A DNA stretch of 63,776 nucleotides, counting the filler, from Octopus bimaculoides (taxonomy: Eukaryota), in the NCBI RefSeq assembly GCF_001194135.2. It is 5 parts of 5 records of this genome, joined end to end, with 100 filler letters (N's around TTAATTAATTAA, not from the genome) between each part and the next. Parts side by side here need not be neighbours in the genome. Positions count along the whole stretch, not along the records: positions 10,101 to 39,484 come from NC_068983.1; 4 more parts are not named here. One strand, 5' to 3'. Within the stretch, counting starts at the first letter, position 1; the number at the start of each line of letters is the position of its first letter. The translations under genes were made by a program, and so were the position numbers. The notes below the pieces were generated by a model. It searched no databases. It was not told the DNA's origin and saw only the letters and a list, made by a program, of their open reading frames with translations. This document shows positions 12,525 through 22,365 of this stretch, one piece after another.

Positions 12525-12600
12525 GCACAAGGCGTTGTGGTTATGAGCGCGGGCTACTAACCCCAAGATTCCGAGTTCGACTCCAAGCAGTGACTTGAAC
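12525..12600 (+). mobile_element. tRNA-derived (SINE-head-like) segment
   Basis: A-box-like tgtggttatgagc (~12536-12548), anticodon-arm-like gcggg-ctactaa-ccc, B box GTTCGACTCC at 12575-12584. Confidence 0.6.
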
Positions 12601-12666
12601 AATAATAATAATAATAACATCGAAAAATACCTTAGGAATGAGAACCCAGGTTTGAAACTTCCCCAA

Positions 12667-12712
12667 GACACCTGAAGAAGGCTGGAGGGTATATCAGCCG
12701 AAATGTTGAGCA
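12667..12712 (+). ncRNA. Minimal hammerhead ribozyme-like motif, 3' arm degenerate
   Basis: gacac-CTGAAGA-a-GGCTG(gagggtatat)CAGCC-GAAA-tgtt; core and 5-bp stem II intact, stem I/III imperfect. Confidence 0.55.
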
Positions 12713-13209
12713 CAAATATCCGTTGAATATAAATAATGTAAATAATGGCACCATCTTGTCCTAAAAACTAACTAATACAGACTGTAAGACTGAAAACTGA
12801 AATATGACAACTATCTGTCTCTGCTTAACCATGGTAAGATGATTTCTTACGATATTTAGGTATTTCTACTGAGAGGGTAAAATAACATTCTTTTAGTATA
12901 ATATTTAGAAGAGGTGTATGTATAGCAATGCTCGTGATCTTTTTTCAGGTTTTCTCACTCTTTTGAGATTGATGTAGTTACTGAATAGTTTGGCAATCTG
13001 TAGGTAGGAGGAAGGTAGGCAGGAAGAATTCCAAAGAATTACATTTCTGGGAAAGAAGTATGAGATGATGCGTTTAATGTGGAGTCCAGGAGGGGAGATA
13101 GTATAATTTCCATAGGAGGGGAATGGCTAGACTTGAGTTGAAATGGTATGTAGCTTGTATGGAAAAAGCTTATCAAGTCGGGCCAAAGCCATGAAGAGNN
13201 NNNNNNNNT

Positions 13210-13625
13210 TTTATTTTTCAAAATTAAGATAAACCCAGTAGTTCTTCAATCTAAAATATACTCTCCTTCATTTTCTACAATGCTCTTCCATCTATCTGGT
13301 AGACTTGCAAGGACCCTTTTCCAAAATTCACTTGTCCATAACAAAAAATACTCCTCTTGTACTGTTCTGATCTCCTCTACATAAGCCATATTTTTTCCAT
13401 CCAAATGATTTTGAAGACTGCAGAATAAATGATCAACAGAAGGAGTAATTCCAGGTGAATCTGGTGGGTGGGGCATCGTTTCCCATCCAAAATTCTCTAG
13501 CCTTTGGAATGTCATCCTCGCTGTATGTGGCCGAGCATTATCCTGATTTAAGAACATCTTTCGTCTTGAAACCAAAGACAGTCGTTTTTCTTCTAGCGCA
13601 GGTGTCAATGAATGGTAGAATGACC
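13210..13625 (-). mobile_element. Mariner transposon, C-terminal catalytic half
   Basis: QDNARPHTA...HPPDSPGITPSVDHLF...LPDRWKSIVENEGEYILD*. Confidence 0.9.
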
Positions 13626-13669
13626 AAATTCAAGCTTTTCTGCTAAGTAGGAATGCATGGCGATAACGT

Positions 13670-14944
13670 ACCTACTTCAGCCTTGGCAAATACGTAGCAC
13701 TTCGTTGTAGACAATGTTTCTTGTCTTCCCCCGACGTGTTAATGCGAACAGTCTGTCTCTACTGTCGACTCTGGAACATGCAACGTAGAGCTGGCCGTGG
13801 GAAAAGCTAGGCTCTTCCAAGAGAAGTCCGGCCACAGAAAGGAACTTGTTGACAGACATGGCGAAGCTGGACTGAAGCGGGAATTGCAGTCTTCTGAAGG
13901 TGAAAGGTATGTCTGCTCCCAAGGGAGTAAGGGGAATCCTGGGAATGAATACATTCTCACCTTTTTCCGTATCCGGATAGGATGGTTACCTCGACAACAT
14001 GCTTCATCAATTTTTTACAACCGAGTTTTTGCGAAAGCCGAACACTGATCAAAGCAGTTGTTATGATTAAAACATGCTTCGGAACATATCAAATGCATGT
14101 TTGAAATTTCAATCGAATCGGTCTGGTGCTTCAGCGGTTTGTCCCGGCTTCACCCGAAAGCACTTGTACACAGAAACCGTAAACAGCGCAAAAATATAAC
14201 TTTTTGAAAGGCAGCTTGGGTATTGATTTGATTCAAGATGCTACCAAGGTTATTGTTTTAACAATGTCACACTCCAACCCTTCTTTTCTCAAGTGTAAGG
14301 TCTCGTGTATCCGCAGTTTCATAGTAATTTATTAAGACCCATGCAACGCCGGTTACTACTGCTAGTGAAATGGATGAAGGAAGTAGTGAGTACTTACCAG
14401 TAGCTTGTGCAGTGCAGAAGCTGTTATTGCTTTTCTGAGAAAAACAAATCAGGTGCTATCTCAACAAAGCATTTTGTTCAAATGTGAGTTTGTCGAATTG
14501 TGTTCAAACAAAGCACAACTTAATGAAATGAACCATGGCATAAGACTCGTTGGGTGAAAATGCATTCGTTTACCGAGATTGGTTTAAATCGGCTCAATGG
14601 TTTCGGCGCTATGGCCTGCCTTAAAGGCATTTTTTTGAGTCGGTTTTTCCCGTGCTGTGCTCCAACGAAACGGAATTTGAAAAAATAATAACGAAACGAA
14701 AAATCTTGGGTAAGAATGCATAGGTACGTCAAGTTTGATCAAAATCGGACGACTTTTTGAAAAAATCGATAATTAACGATCGAATATTGATGGAAGCAGT
14801 TGTTATAACTAAAACATGCCTCGGAACATAACAAATGCATGTCTGAAGTTTCAATCGAATCGGTTAGGTGGAACTCGAGTTATAAACCTTCGAACTTGTA
14901 CACACACACACACACATACATACACAGAGACAATTTCTGTTATA

Positions 14945-14990
<46 letters not shown>
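13670..14990 (-). mobile_element. Helitron-derived element with PIF1 helicase C-terminal fragment
   Basis: GENVFIPRIPLTPLGADIPFTFRRLQFPLQSSFAMSVNK...FSHGQLYVACSRV...KTRNIVYNEVL at ~13690-13960. Likely 5' end with (TA)n and (TG)n near 14900-14985; 71-bp direct repeat 14052-14122 / 14794-14864. Confidence 0.8.
14336..14366 (+). mobile_element. Helitron-type 3' terminus (degenerate hairpin + CTAG/T)
   Basis: acccatgcaacgccggttactactgCTAGt; CTAG at 14362-14365 followed by T. Confidence 0.5.
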
Positions 14991-15139
14991 TTACTCCGAA
15001 GTAGCAATCGCATTACCTTTAATTCAATAATTATATACCGCCTTTGAAGACCAACAGGTTTGGGGTCTTAACTTGATATCCTAGATATGGCTGTTTAATA
15101 ATTTTCTTTTATAAATTCTGCGCTGTATAATGTAGAGAC

Positions 15140-15430
15140 GTCCGTTAAGTCAGCCGCGAATAATCTTTATTTCAAGTTCTTACTGGATAATCATGTCCAG
15201 TCCGTCATTTCGAAAACTTGTATAGTTCAAATGAAAATTATTCATTTGTATTTTGAAAATGAAAATTTCCTCATATGCAAGCATCTCAACGCTTGTTCCT
15301 GTCCTAGAATTTATTACATAACATATGGATGTCAAAATCCTGTGAAATTCTTCTAAATATAGGTTACATCTATTGGTTCCAGGTGTGTATGAGTTGGCAG
15401 TAGAAATTAACTCCCATTTAATTGTATATC
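15140..15430 (-). mobile_element. PLE GIY-YIG C-terminal fragment and tail
   Basis: YTIKWELISTANSYTPGTNRCNLYLEEF..IL...INSRT resembles the PLE motif C-x-LCL-x-EK...LN-x-R. Confidence 0.65.
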
Positions 15431-17254
15431 GCAAATTGTAGTTCAGCAATATTATACCCCAGCGTTTTAGTCGGCTCGCTGTATGGGTAGGTAATCTTTT
15501 CTTTGATTCAAAAATTGATAGTAATGCTCTAACCACAAAAATAATCAGTAGAGCATCCTTCTCTATCTGACTATAATTTTTTCCGCTGCTATCAGCGAAC
15601 GTTAACCATGAGCTACTGGCTTCATATTTCTATCTTTATATTTGTGTAGTAAGACTGCTCTTATTCCATACTCCGAAGAATCAGATGCTACAACAATGTC
15701 CATTCTAGGATCGAAATACGCTAGTAAAAAGTCAGAAAGTAATGTTTTCTTTGTCTTCAAATGCGTTTTGACACTTTACAAACCAATTCCATTTCACTTC
15801 TTTCTTTAGTAAATCGTTTAATGGTATATTTATGTATGTTTGAAATGTACTAGGCCAAGGAAGGCTTATTTTATAGGCATATTCGTTGGAGGAGACATAT
15901 TCTTGATTGCGTCTTCTTTGGACGGATCACGACGTCTTCCATTTTTATCTATGATTTGATCTAAGTATTTGATTTTAGGTAAAAAAATATTCACATTTCT
16001 CTTCACTGTGTGTGAAACCATGATCTTTAATTGTTTTAAAGACACTTCACGTGTTCGATATGCTCATTCCGCGATTCGCTTTTGATTCACCCGTCATCAA
16101 GGTAAGGAATAGCAAATTCATTGTCTGCCAATATCGCGTCCATCACCTGTTGAAATGTTGCAGGTGCTATCTTCAGTCCAAAAGTAGTCTATTGTATTTG
16201 CATATACCTTTATCTTTGAGCACTTTTTTTTATTTACTTTGATTTGTAGATGTGCGTCAGACAGATCGAGTTTTGAAAATAATTTTCCTCCGTTTAGTTT
16301 TGTAAAAATATCTTCTAGGGTTACTTGTGGATAATGGTTCATTTTTAAACAGTCGTTTAAACCGGTGGAAACATCGACACACAGCCTAATTTTGTTATTT
16401 TTCTTTTTTATACATATAGTCGGAGCTGCCAATTTCGCGTAATCCACTTTTTCAATGATTCCGTTTTTTGGGGGTTTTTTTCCAATCAGTCCAACTCATC
16501 GCCGACTTGATTTGTTGCCGCAAAGACACTTTCCTATTAGGTTTTAACACAGGTGTAACGTTTTCATCTAATTCAAAAGACGCTTCAGTCCTTGTGCATA
16601 GATCTAGTTTGTCCGAGAGTCTTGCGGAAACATTAAAAGAAAATTCTCTTCAACTCTTCAGATGAATTATAGAGGGACAACCATTTACGTATTTACAATA
16701 GAGATTTATGGGGTGGGGTCCCATGAATCGAATAATTCTAACCAATCAGTACCAAACAGATCGGTTGCATTTTTAATGACGAAGACTTTGACCTTGTATG
16801 TTTTACCTAGAGATGTGACATTAGTCCACATTTTGCTCATGAAACTTAATTTGTCTCCGTCACGCTACGAGCAGAGTTCGCTGTTTTTCTCAGCATAAGT
16901 TTCCTTATTTTCTTCCATGTGTCCATGTTTATTATTGAAATATCATTTCCAGTATCCAACTAAAGTTGAATATGTATTCTATTTATTTTTACGTGTAGGA
17001 ATTTTCTTAACTGGGAGTCGATTTTTGATTCTGCTGAGTGCACACTAGGAGACGAATTTACCTCATTTTTGGACTTCTTTAAGTATAGCTCCAATAACTG
17101 TTGTTGAAATAGTTGCTTCTGCAACACCTGTTGCTGCTCTTGTTGTTACCTTTGCAACTGTACTATGGAAGCTAATAGGTCTTCCATCATTTTACAAGTA
17201 TCACGAACAAATTTTTAAATAACGTACGAGAGCTTCGAAACCCTCGTTGCCAGA
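15430..17254 (-). mobile_element. Gypsy (Mag-like) LTR retrotransposon internal region, decayed gag-PR-RT-RNaseH, integrase absent
   Basis: IRLCVDVSTGLNDCL...FSKLDLSDAHLQI, PYLDD at ~16090-16108, EKNYSQIEK, LLSIFESKKRLPTHTASRLKRWGIILLNY. PBS tggcaacgaggg at 17241-17252, similar to the complement of a tRNA-Ser(GCU) 3' end. Confidence 0.9.
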
Positions 17255-17520
17255 TGCTGTAACGTAATTTGTTACTTACAATAAATAAGATAACCAGACA
17301 ACAGCAAAAACAATGTAACGAACTAACAAATTTCTTTACGAACCAACAATCAATATTGCTTGTGAACTAACCAACCGACGCCTTCCAACTTCACTGCGAA
17401 CTTTCACGAACTTCACTCGACTCCGAACTCGGAACCTTGAACTCACTCGGATTGTTACTATTTATACTTTCCTTGGACCAGTCTGTCCCTCGCAAGGGGA
17501 CGTCGTAACTCTCAACACAA
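17255..17520 (-). mobile_element. 5' LTR of that Gypsy element
   Basis: Abuts the PBS; TATAAATA on the minus strand at 17459-17466; outer boundary approximate. Confidence 0.65.
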
Positions 17521-18044
17521 CGAATTGGTTGGTTTAAACTCATTTAGTTCGTTGGTAAGTTAATGAATCGAAATTCAAAACTACTGCTTTTGTATAGACT
17601 TATGAAAGGTAAACATTTGTATCAGAATAAGCTTGAAATTTATGTAAAAGCCTGTATTTCGAGCTCTTATTGAAAAATTATTTGGAATCGTTAAAGCTTC
17701 AGATTAAAATGACTTCTTTGTAAAAATGGTTTTAAGATTCTAGAAACTTGAATATATGCTAATGAATATTCTATATTGTTATCTGAGCTTGTTAGCAAAT
17801 TATGGCAAATATTACCAAAACCAAGGTGAACTTTCCCACCAAGACATATGGAAGAAGAATATTAAGGCTAGTATAACATTAATATAGTGGTCGACTATAT
17901 TTGGTGTTTGAATGGCAATTGAAAATCAAATATTTTCTCTTTCTAATCCTATTTAAACATATCTGTTTAAAACATCTGAGTCAAGACGAAAGCATTAGAG
18001 TTAGAAACAGAAATTGATTAAACAGAATAGATTTAAAAACTTAC

Positions 18045-18374
18045 CTAAACTTGGACATTTATTTTTCGTGACGTTGATATAATCAAGCAAAACTGAACAA
18101 CCAAAAGCTTTGTAATAGATATTGTATACCATTTGTGTCAGGAAAATAAATTTGGTAGGCATCTTTTTCTCAATATATACTTGATATATTAGCCATGGGG
18201 TTGTACCGTGACTCACCACACTGAAAAGTGATTTCTTGCTAAATGCATTATAAATGGTCAGGTTACAACTACCGATTATCTTGTATCTTATTTGCACACA
18301 ACTATTGGTAATGTTTTCAGTCGGAGATGCCAAACCATGAGTATTGTATGTAGGAGAAGCTTGCATGTACACAT
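18045..18374 (-). CDS. Exon of MAM-domain protein: core and C-terminus of MAM domain B
   Basis: Acceptor atttcttctccAG, donor GTaagt; 330 nt, phase 1-1. Encodes VYMQASPTYNTHGLASPTENITNSCVQIRYKIIGSCNLTIY...HGTTPWLIYQVYI...KFIF...GCSVLLDYINVTKNKCPSL, matching YM-x-AS...L-x-SP...SC...W...IALDDI...C. Confidence 0.8.
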
Positions 18375-18905
18375 CTGGAGAAGAAATTTGAAAATATATT
18401 TATTTTGTAAGGAATTTATATTTAGTGTTACAAAATTCACCTCATAATATAAAAGAATATCTTCATAAAAATATATAACCATTAAATTCAACCTCATCAA
18501 CTAATTATAATAAGCTTTATGGTTGTGTAAATGAAATTGTCAACCCATAAGGCNNNNNNNNNNNNNNNNNNNNNNNNNNNNNNNNNNNNNNNNNNNNNNN
18601 NNNNNNNNNNNNNNNNNNNNNNNNNNNNNNNNNNNNNNNNNNNNNNNNNNNNNNNNNNNNNNNNNNNNNNNNNNNNNNNNNNNNNNNNNNNNNNNNNNNN
18701 NNNNNNNNNNNNNNNNTAGATAGAAATGACTAAACTACTTATCTTCACTAGTTGACTGAGGACGAATCAACTCAGTCAAAATTCTATTCCTTATCTATTC
18801 TTTAAGTGATATCCATTTATAGGTAGGAGAATCAAGTTATGGATACGGTACATTGAGTGTGATAAATACCAACTAAAACTACTGATTGTTAAAATGATGT
18901 CTCAC

Positions 18906-18950
18906 TGACTAGGTCGGATCCGAATCCCAGATAGTTTTCTAGTAAAATAA
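18906..18950 (-). CDS. Candidate 45-nt internal exon of the MAM gene
   Basis: Strong acceptor attttcctcttactgttctctttAG, donor GTgaga; 45 nt, phase 1-1, no stop: (V)ILLENYLGFGSDLV(N). Falls where MAM B is otherwise short between the W-x-R and YM motifs. Confidence 0.45.
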
Positions 18951-19384
18951 CTAAAGAGAACAGTAAGAGGAAAATATTTAGCGTAAGAAGTCTTGCCACC
19001 AAATTTGTAAATATGTTTGACTACATATTTTTCTAAAGGTGCATTTCTGTTACGCTTATCTGTATGCCTGTTTGTTGCTTCTAAGGAGATATAAGTAACA
19101 TAGAGAAGTGAACAGTAAAACTAATATCCTTCACAAAATCCTGCCTTTGTTTTTGTGTGCATACTATGACAAGACTACCTAGTATGATAATAATGATGAT
19201 GATATAGATTAGATAAAGGTATTAAACAGCTGAATATGTCTTAATATTATTTTATATCTACCAAAAGACATTGACGGTTTTATGTAAAATTTATAAGGTT
19301 GAATATGTATGTCAGTTAACAAACATACGTTTACCGAAAATAAACTAATTTTCATATAATTGAAAATACAGAATATTTGTTTAC

Positions 19385-19495
19385 CATTTATTGATCCGCT
19401 TACATTTCCTGATTGTACTCTTTCCCATTTACTGTACATAAAATTGTAATACTGGCATATCATTGGGTTTGAGAAGTTACAGGAAATGCTTCTGG
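19385..19495 (-). CDS. Exon of MAM-domain protein: N-terminal part of MAM domain B
   Basis: Acceptor ttttttctctttctcattaaAG, donor GTaaac; 111 nt, phase 1-1, compatible with the 29501 donor (joins as EYCQ-A-RSIS). Encodes RSISCNFSNPMICQYYNFMYSKWERVQSGNVSGSIN = MAM C-x-F-x5-C...W-x-R. Confidence 0.8.
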
Positions 19496-19839
19496 CTTTA
19501 ATGAGAAAGAGAAAAAAAGGCAATCTTCATTAGCGCAATGTTAAGATATTAACAGTAATAATATACAACTTGTATTTTACATAGCACATAAACATAAGCA
19601 GCGATAAGTAGCGTAAAAGAATAGCACTAATTAGAGGTGTGTACTTTTTTCGCTGTGTAATATTAACTTTGAAAGAAAGTAGTGACTAAAACAATCGTTA
19701 GTCAAAGTTTTTAATCAATTCATTTATTAATCAATTCATATAAGAGAAAACTAGGAATTATAAAAAGAAAACAGAAAAGCTGCCTTTTTATGAGCAATAA
19801 ACTGATGCAAGCTACTGATCCTTTTTTTGTTAGTTGGGT

Positions 19840-21830
19840 TGGGCCCCAGACAGGCAGAGGAAAATGTATGGAAGAATAACTGTTACTTCAGTACGTGCTC
19901 CTAAAAATAAATATCTATTGGCTGGTGACAACTCCCCCATTGGATAGAAAGGAAAAAACAGGAGGGGTACCAAAGGCAGCATGTGGACAGGGCAGCAACA
20001 ATAAGAGCAACAACAACACCAAAACGGAGCATCTACTTAAACAGAAGCAGTGACAGCAGCAGCATCGATAGAAAAAGATTGCACACCCTCAAGTGTCACC
20101 ACATTACCGTCAACAGCGACTGAAAGCTTCCAAACAACAACAGAACAAAAAACAATGACCTCCTAAAACATGCACCTCCCCGCCTGGAACCACTCAAACT
20201 TGCCATGTGATGAAGGAGTCAAATAAAATCCACGAACAACAAAGCAATAATAGAACGTACTGCGATACACAAAAATTACTCAGATGATGTGACCTGGGGA
20301 CACCTAAGAAACAGGGCCATCTACTAAACGATTCCCGGTCTCTAGACATTGATATGAGGGCCATTAGCAAGAGACGAGTTTCCTGTTCACTAGCACTTGC
20401 ACCCATAATCTGAGAGAATGATATCTATTTATCTCCAAGTCAACCAAAAAGAGGATGTGCTGTGTTACTTAAGAATGGTCCAGATCTCACGATACGGGTT
20501 ATCTTTTTGGATACCAGCAGCTAAGTTAGTGATAGTGGACGTGACCAGTAGGGAAGACCATACATTCAGACACGTAGTTGCTTATGGTTTATGAGAAATT
20601 CGGTGACCAGATTTCTTTAGGCGTCTGGAGTGTTTTCTGGTAGACTAGAACAATATCCTGGATGAAGCATTGAACTGTATGAGGTTATCCTATAGAAGAG
20701 GTAGATGGAACAGCTTCACAAACCTGGCAAGTACCGACTCGATTTCCTGAATATATCAATGTAGAATGCAAAACAGTGCTTGTGGACCAGTGGATAGGGA
20801 TGACGTAGATTGTTCAGAATTCAAAAGCATCGGTTACACAGAACACACCTTTGTATAGACAAAGACCCGTTCCTTGACGGGTCATCTTGGTGCGCGAAAC
20901 TTAGAGAGACCTAATTAGCGAACTTCCACTTTCTATTTAGGGGACCTGTTTCACTGATCAGCTTCTCATTTTGCTGACAATACCCGCTGGGTGGCGGACT
21001 AGAGAAGTCATGGCTGATGATGCGGAGATATGTGTGCAGCCTGCGAGATATTGAACAATTCTTTGATGGTGAACAGGTGTGATCGCCATTTTTCAGACGG
21101 GTTTTTCGACAGTTCGTCTCTTTGATAGAGTAACTATCTGGGTCAAGTAAAGACGAAAACACGGTAGTCGGCATCTGGGATGTCATCAAGTGCTCACACT
21201 CTTCCATGAGTTGGGCATTGTGGTCAGTAGAAGTTCAACCATAGCATCTTATGAGGGTTTGTAATGTGAAAGTGAGACGACGTTCTCAGGGAGGCTCTAG
21301 ACGTTGACGAAAATCAATTGGCTGGTCTGCTCCGGAGGACTTCCTGACATCCATGGATAACTCCCAAAATTCCTTACCTAGCAGTGCTACTGGAAAATGG
21401 AAACCTCCCCAAGATATGCGCAGAGCAAGAAACTGTTCTGTACGCACTCGTTCACTTCCCGAATATAGATAATTTGTGGAGTTTTGACGAACAACTGATG
21501 TCGGGTATAGGACGGATCTAACTAATTCATAAATACATAGTGGAGAGCGCCTTGGCACTTTCCTTTGGCCGGAGTGGACAGGTAGTATTTATTTCTGTGG
21601 TGACTTTTACGAAAGAGATTGTGTGGTGGTCTAGATTGAAAATGCTAAAGTCAAACATATTCCATTTTGAACAAACCCTTATCAACATTTCAAGTTTCAC
21701 TTGAAAAGAACATAAGGATAGAGAGAGATGAGTTTCCCACCTGAAAATTTCTTAAAAAGGTAGATGAGTGCAGTGATATGATCTAAATAAACAATTCTAG
21801 ATTTAGGGAAGACCAGATGGGAAGACACGT
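19840..21830 (+). mobile_element. L1/Tx1-like non-LTR retrotransposon relic (ORF1 tail, APE, deleted RT, C-terminal domain)
   Basis: Fragments KLVIVDVT, PDFFRRLECFL, IGYTEH (APE end), ADD, EQETVLYALVHFPNIDNLW, KEIVWWSRLK; many stops and frameshifts. Confidence 0.7.
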
Positions 21831-22085
21831 GCTTTAGTGATCAGGTTTTGAGATATTTCCATGAAGAGAAATTTCCCTCTTTTGAGGAATTATTTTTGGA
21901 ATCAACTATTGCTTGTCTTCTTTTTACTTACTTTTTGAAGCTATCTCACAGTGTATCGTGCCGTGCCACCCTCAGAATTTTTGCGAAGCTTCGGTGATTA
22001 CTAATGAAAATATTATGATTAAGGTTGTAAGACACCTGTCTCAAAGTTTCGGGCCTTGCGCCTAATGTAGAAAGGATTATCATTG

Positions 22086-22303
22086 TTGTTAAGGTGGCCT
22101 GCTGGCAGAATCGTTAAAACGCCGAGCAAAATGCTTAGCGGGATTTTTTACGGCTTTATATTGAGTTCAAATTCCGCCGAAGTCGACTGTACTTTTCATT
22201 CTTTCGAGGTCGATAAAATATGTACCAGTTGAGCACTAGGGTCGATGTAATCGACTCGTCCCTTCCCCCAAAATTGCTGCATTGTGGCAAAATTTGAAAC
22301 CGT
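22086..22303 (+). mobile_element. SINE family 2, full length, (ATT)n tail; a tail remnant of another copy lies at ~22040-22080
   Basis: ttaaggtggcctgctggcagaatcgtta...gagttcaaattccgccg (B box)...gtcgatgtaatcgac. Confidence 0.88.
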
Positions 22304-22305
22304 TG

Positions 22306-22363
<58 letters not shown>

Positions 22364-22365
<2 letters not shown>

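Larger units (their letters stand above)
11985..12745 (+). mobile_element. Penelope-like element, linker + GIY-YIG endonuclease + 3' region
   Basis: LPYVNGLSEKI...CLYSVPCSCGWLYQGETCHPLKIRVDEH...SGIADHV...RKLKEA, followed by a tRNA-like segment, (AAT)n and a hammerhead-like motif. Confidence 0.9.

Noticed and set aside
12525-12600. Functional tRNA gene; also other SINE heads such as ~56020-56090
   Set aside because: Acceptor and T stems do not pair; tRNA-derived repeat only.
3563-13625. The two mariner pieces as halves of one inverted element
   Set aside because: Their overlapping segment (LVNRRGSIILHLNVRP vs LVSRRKMFLNQDNARP) has low nucleotide identity; different families.
15140-15215. Hairpin ctgga/tccag in the PLE tail as another hammerhead
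   Set aside because: Core nucleotides are too degraded to call.
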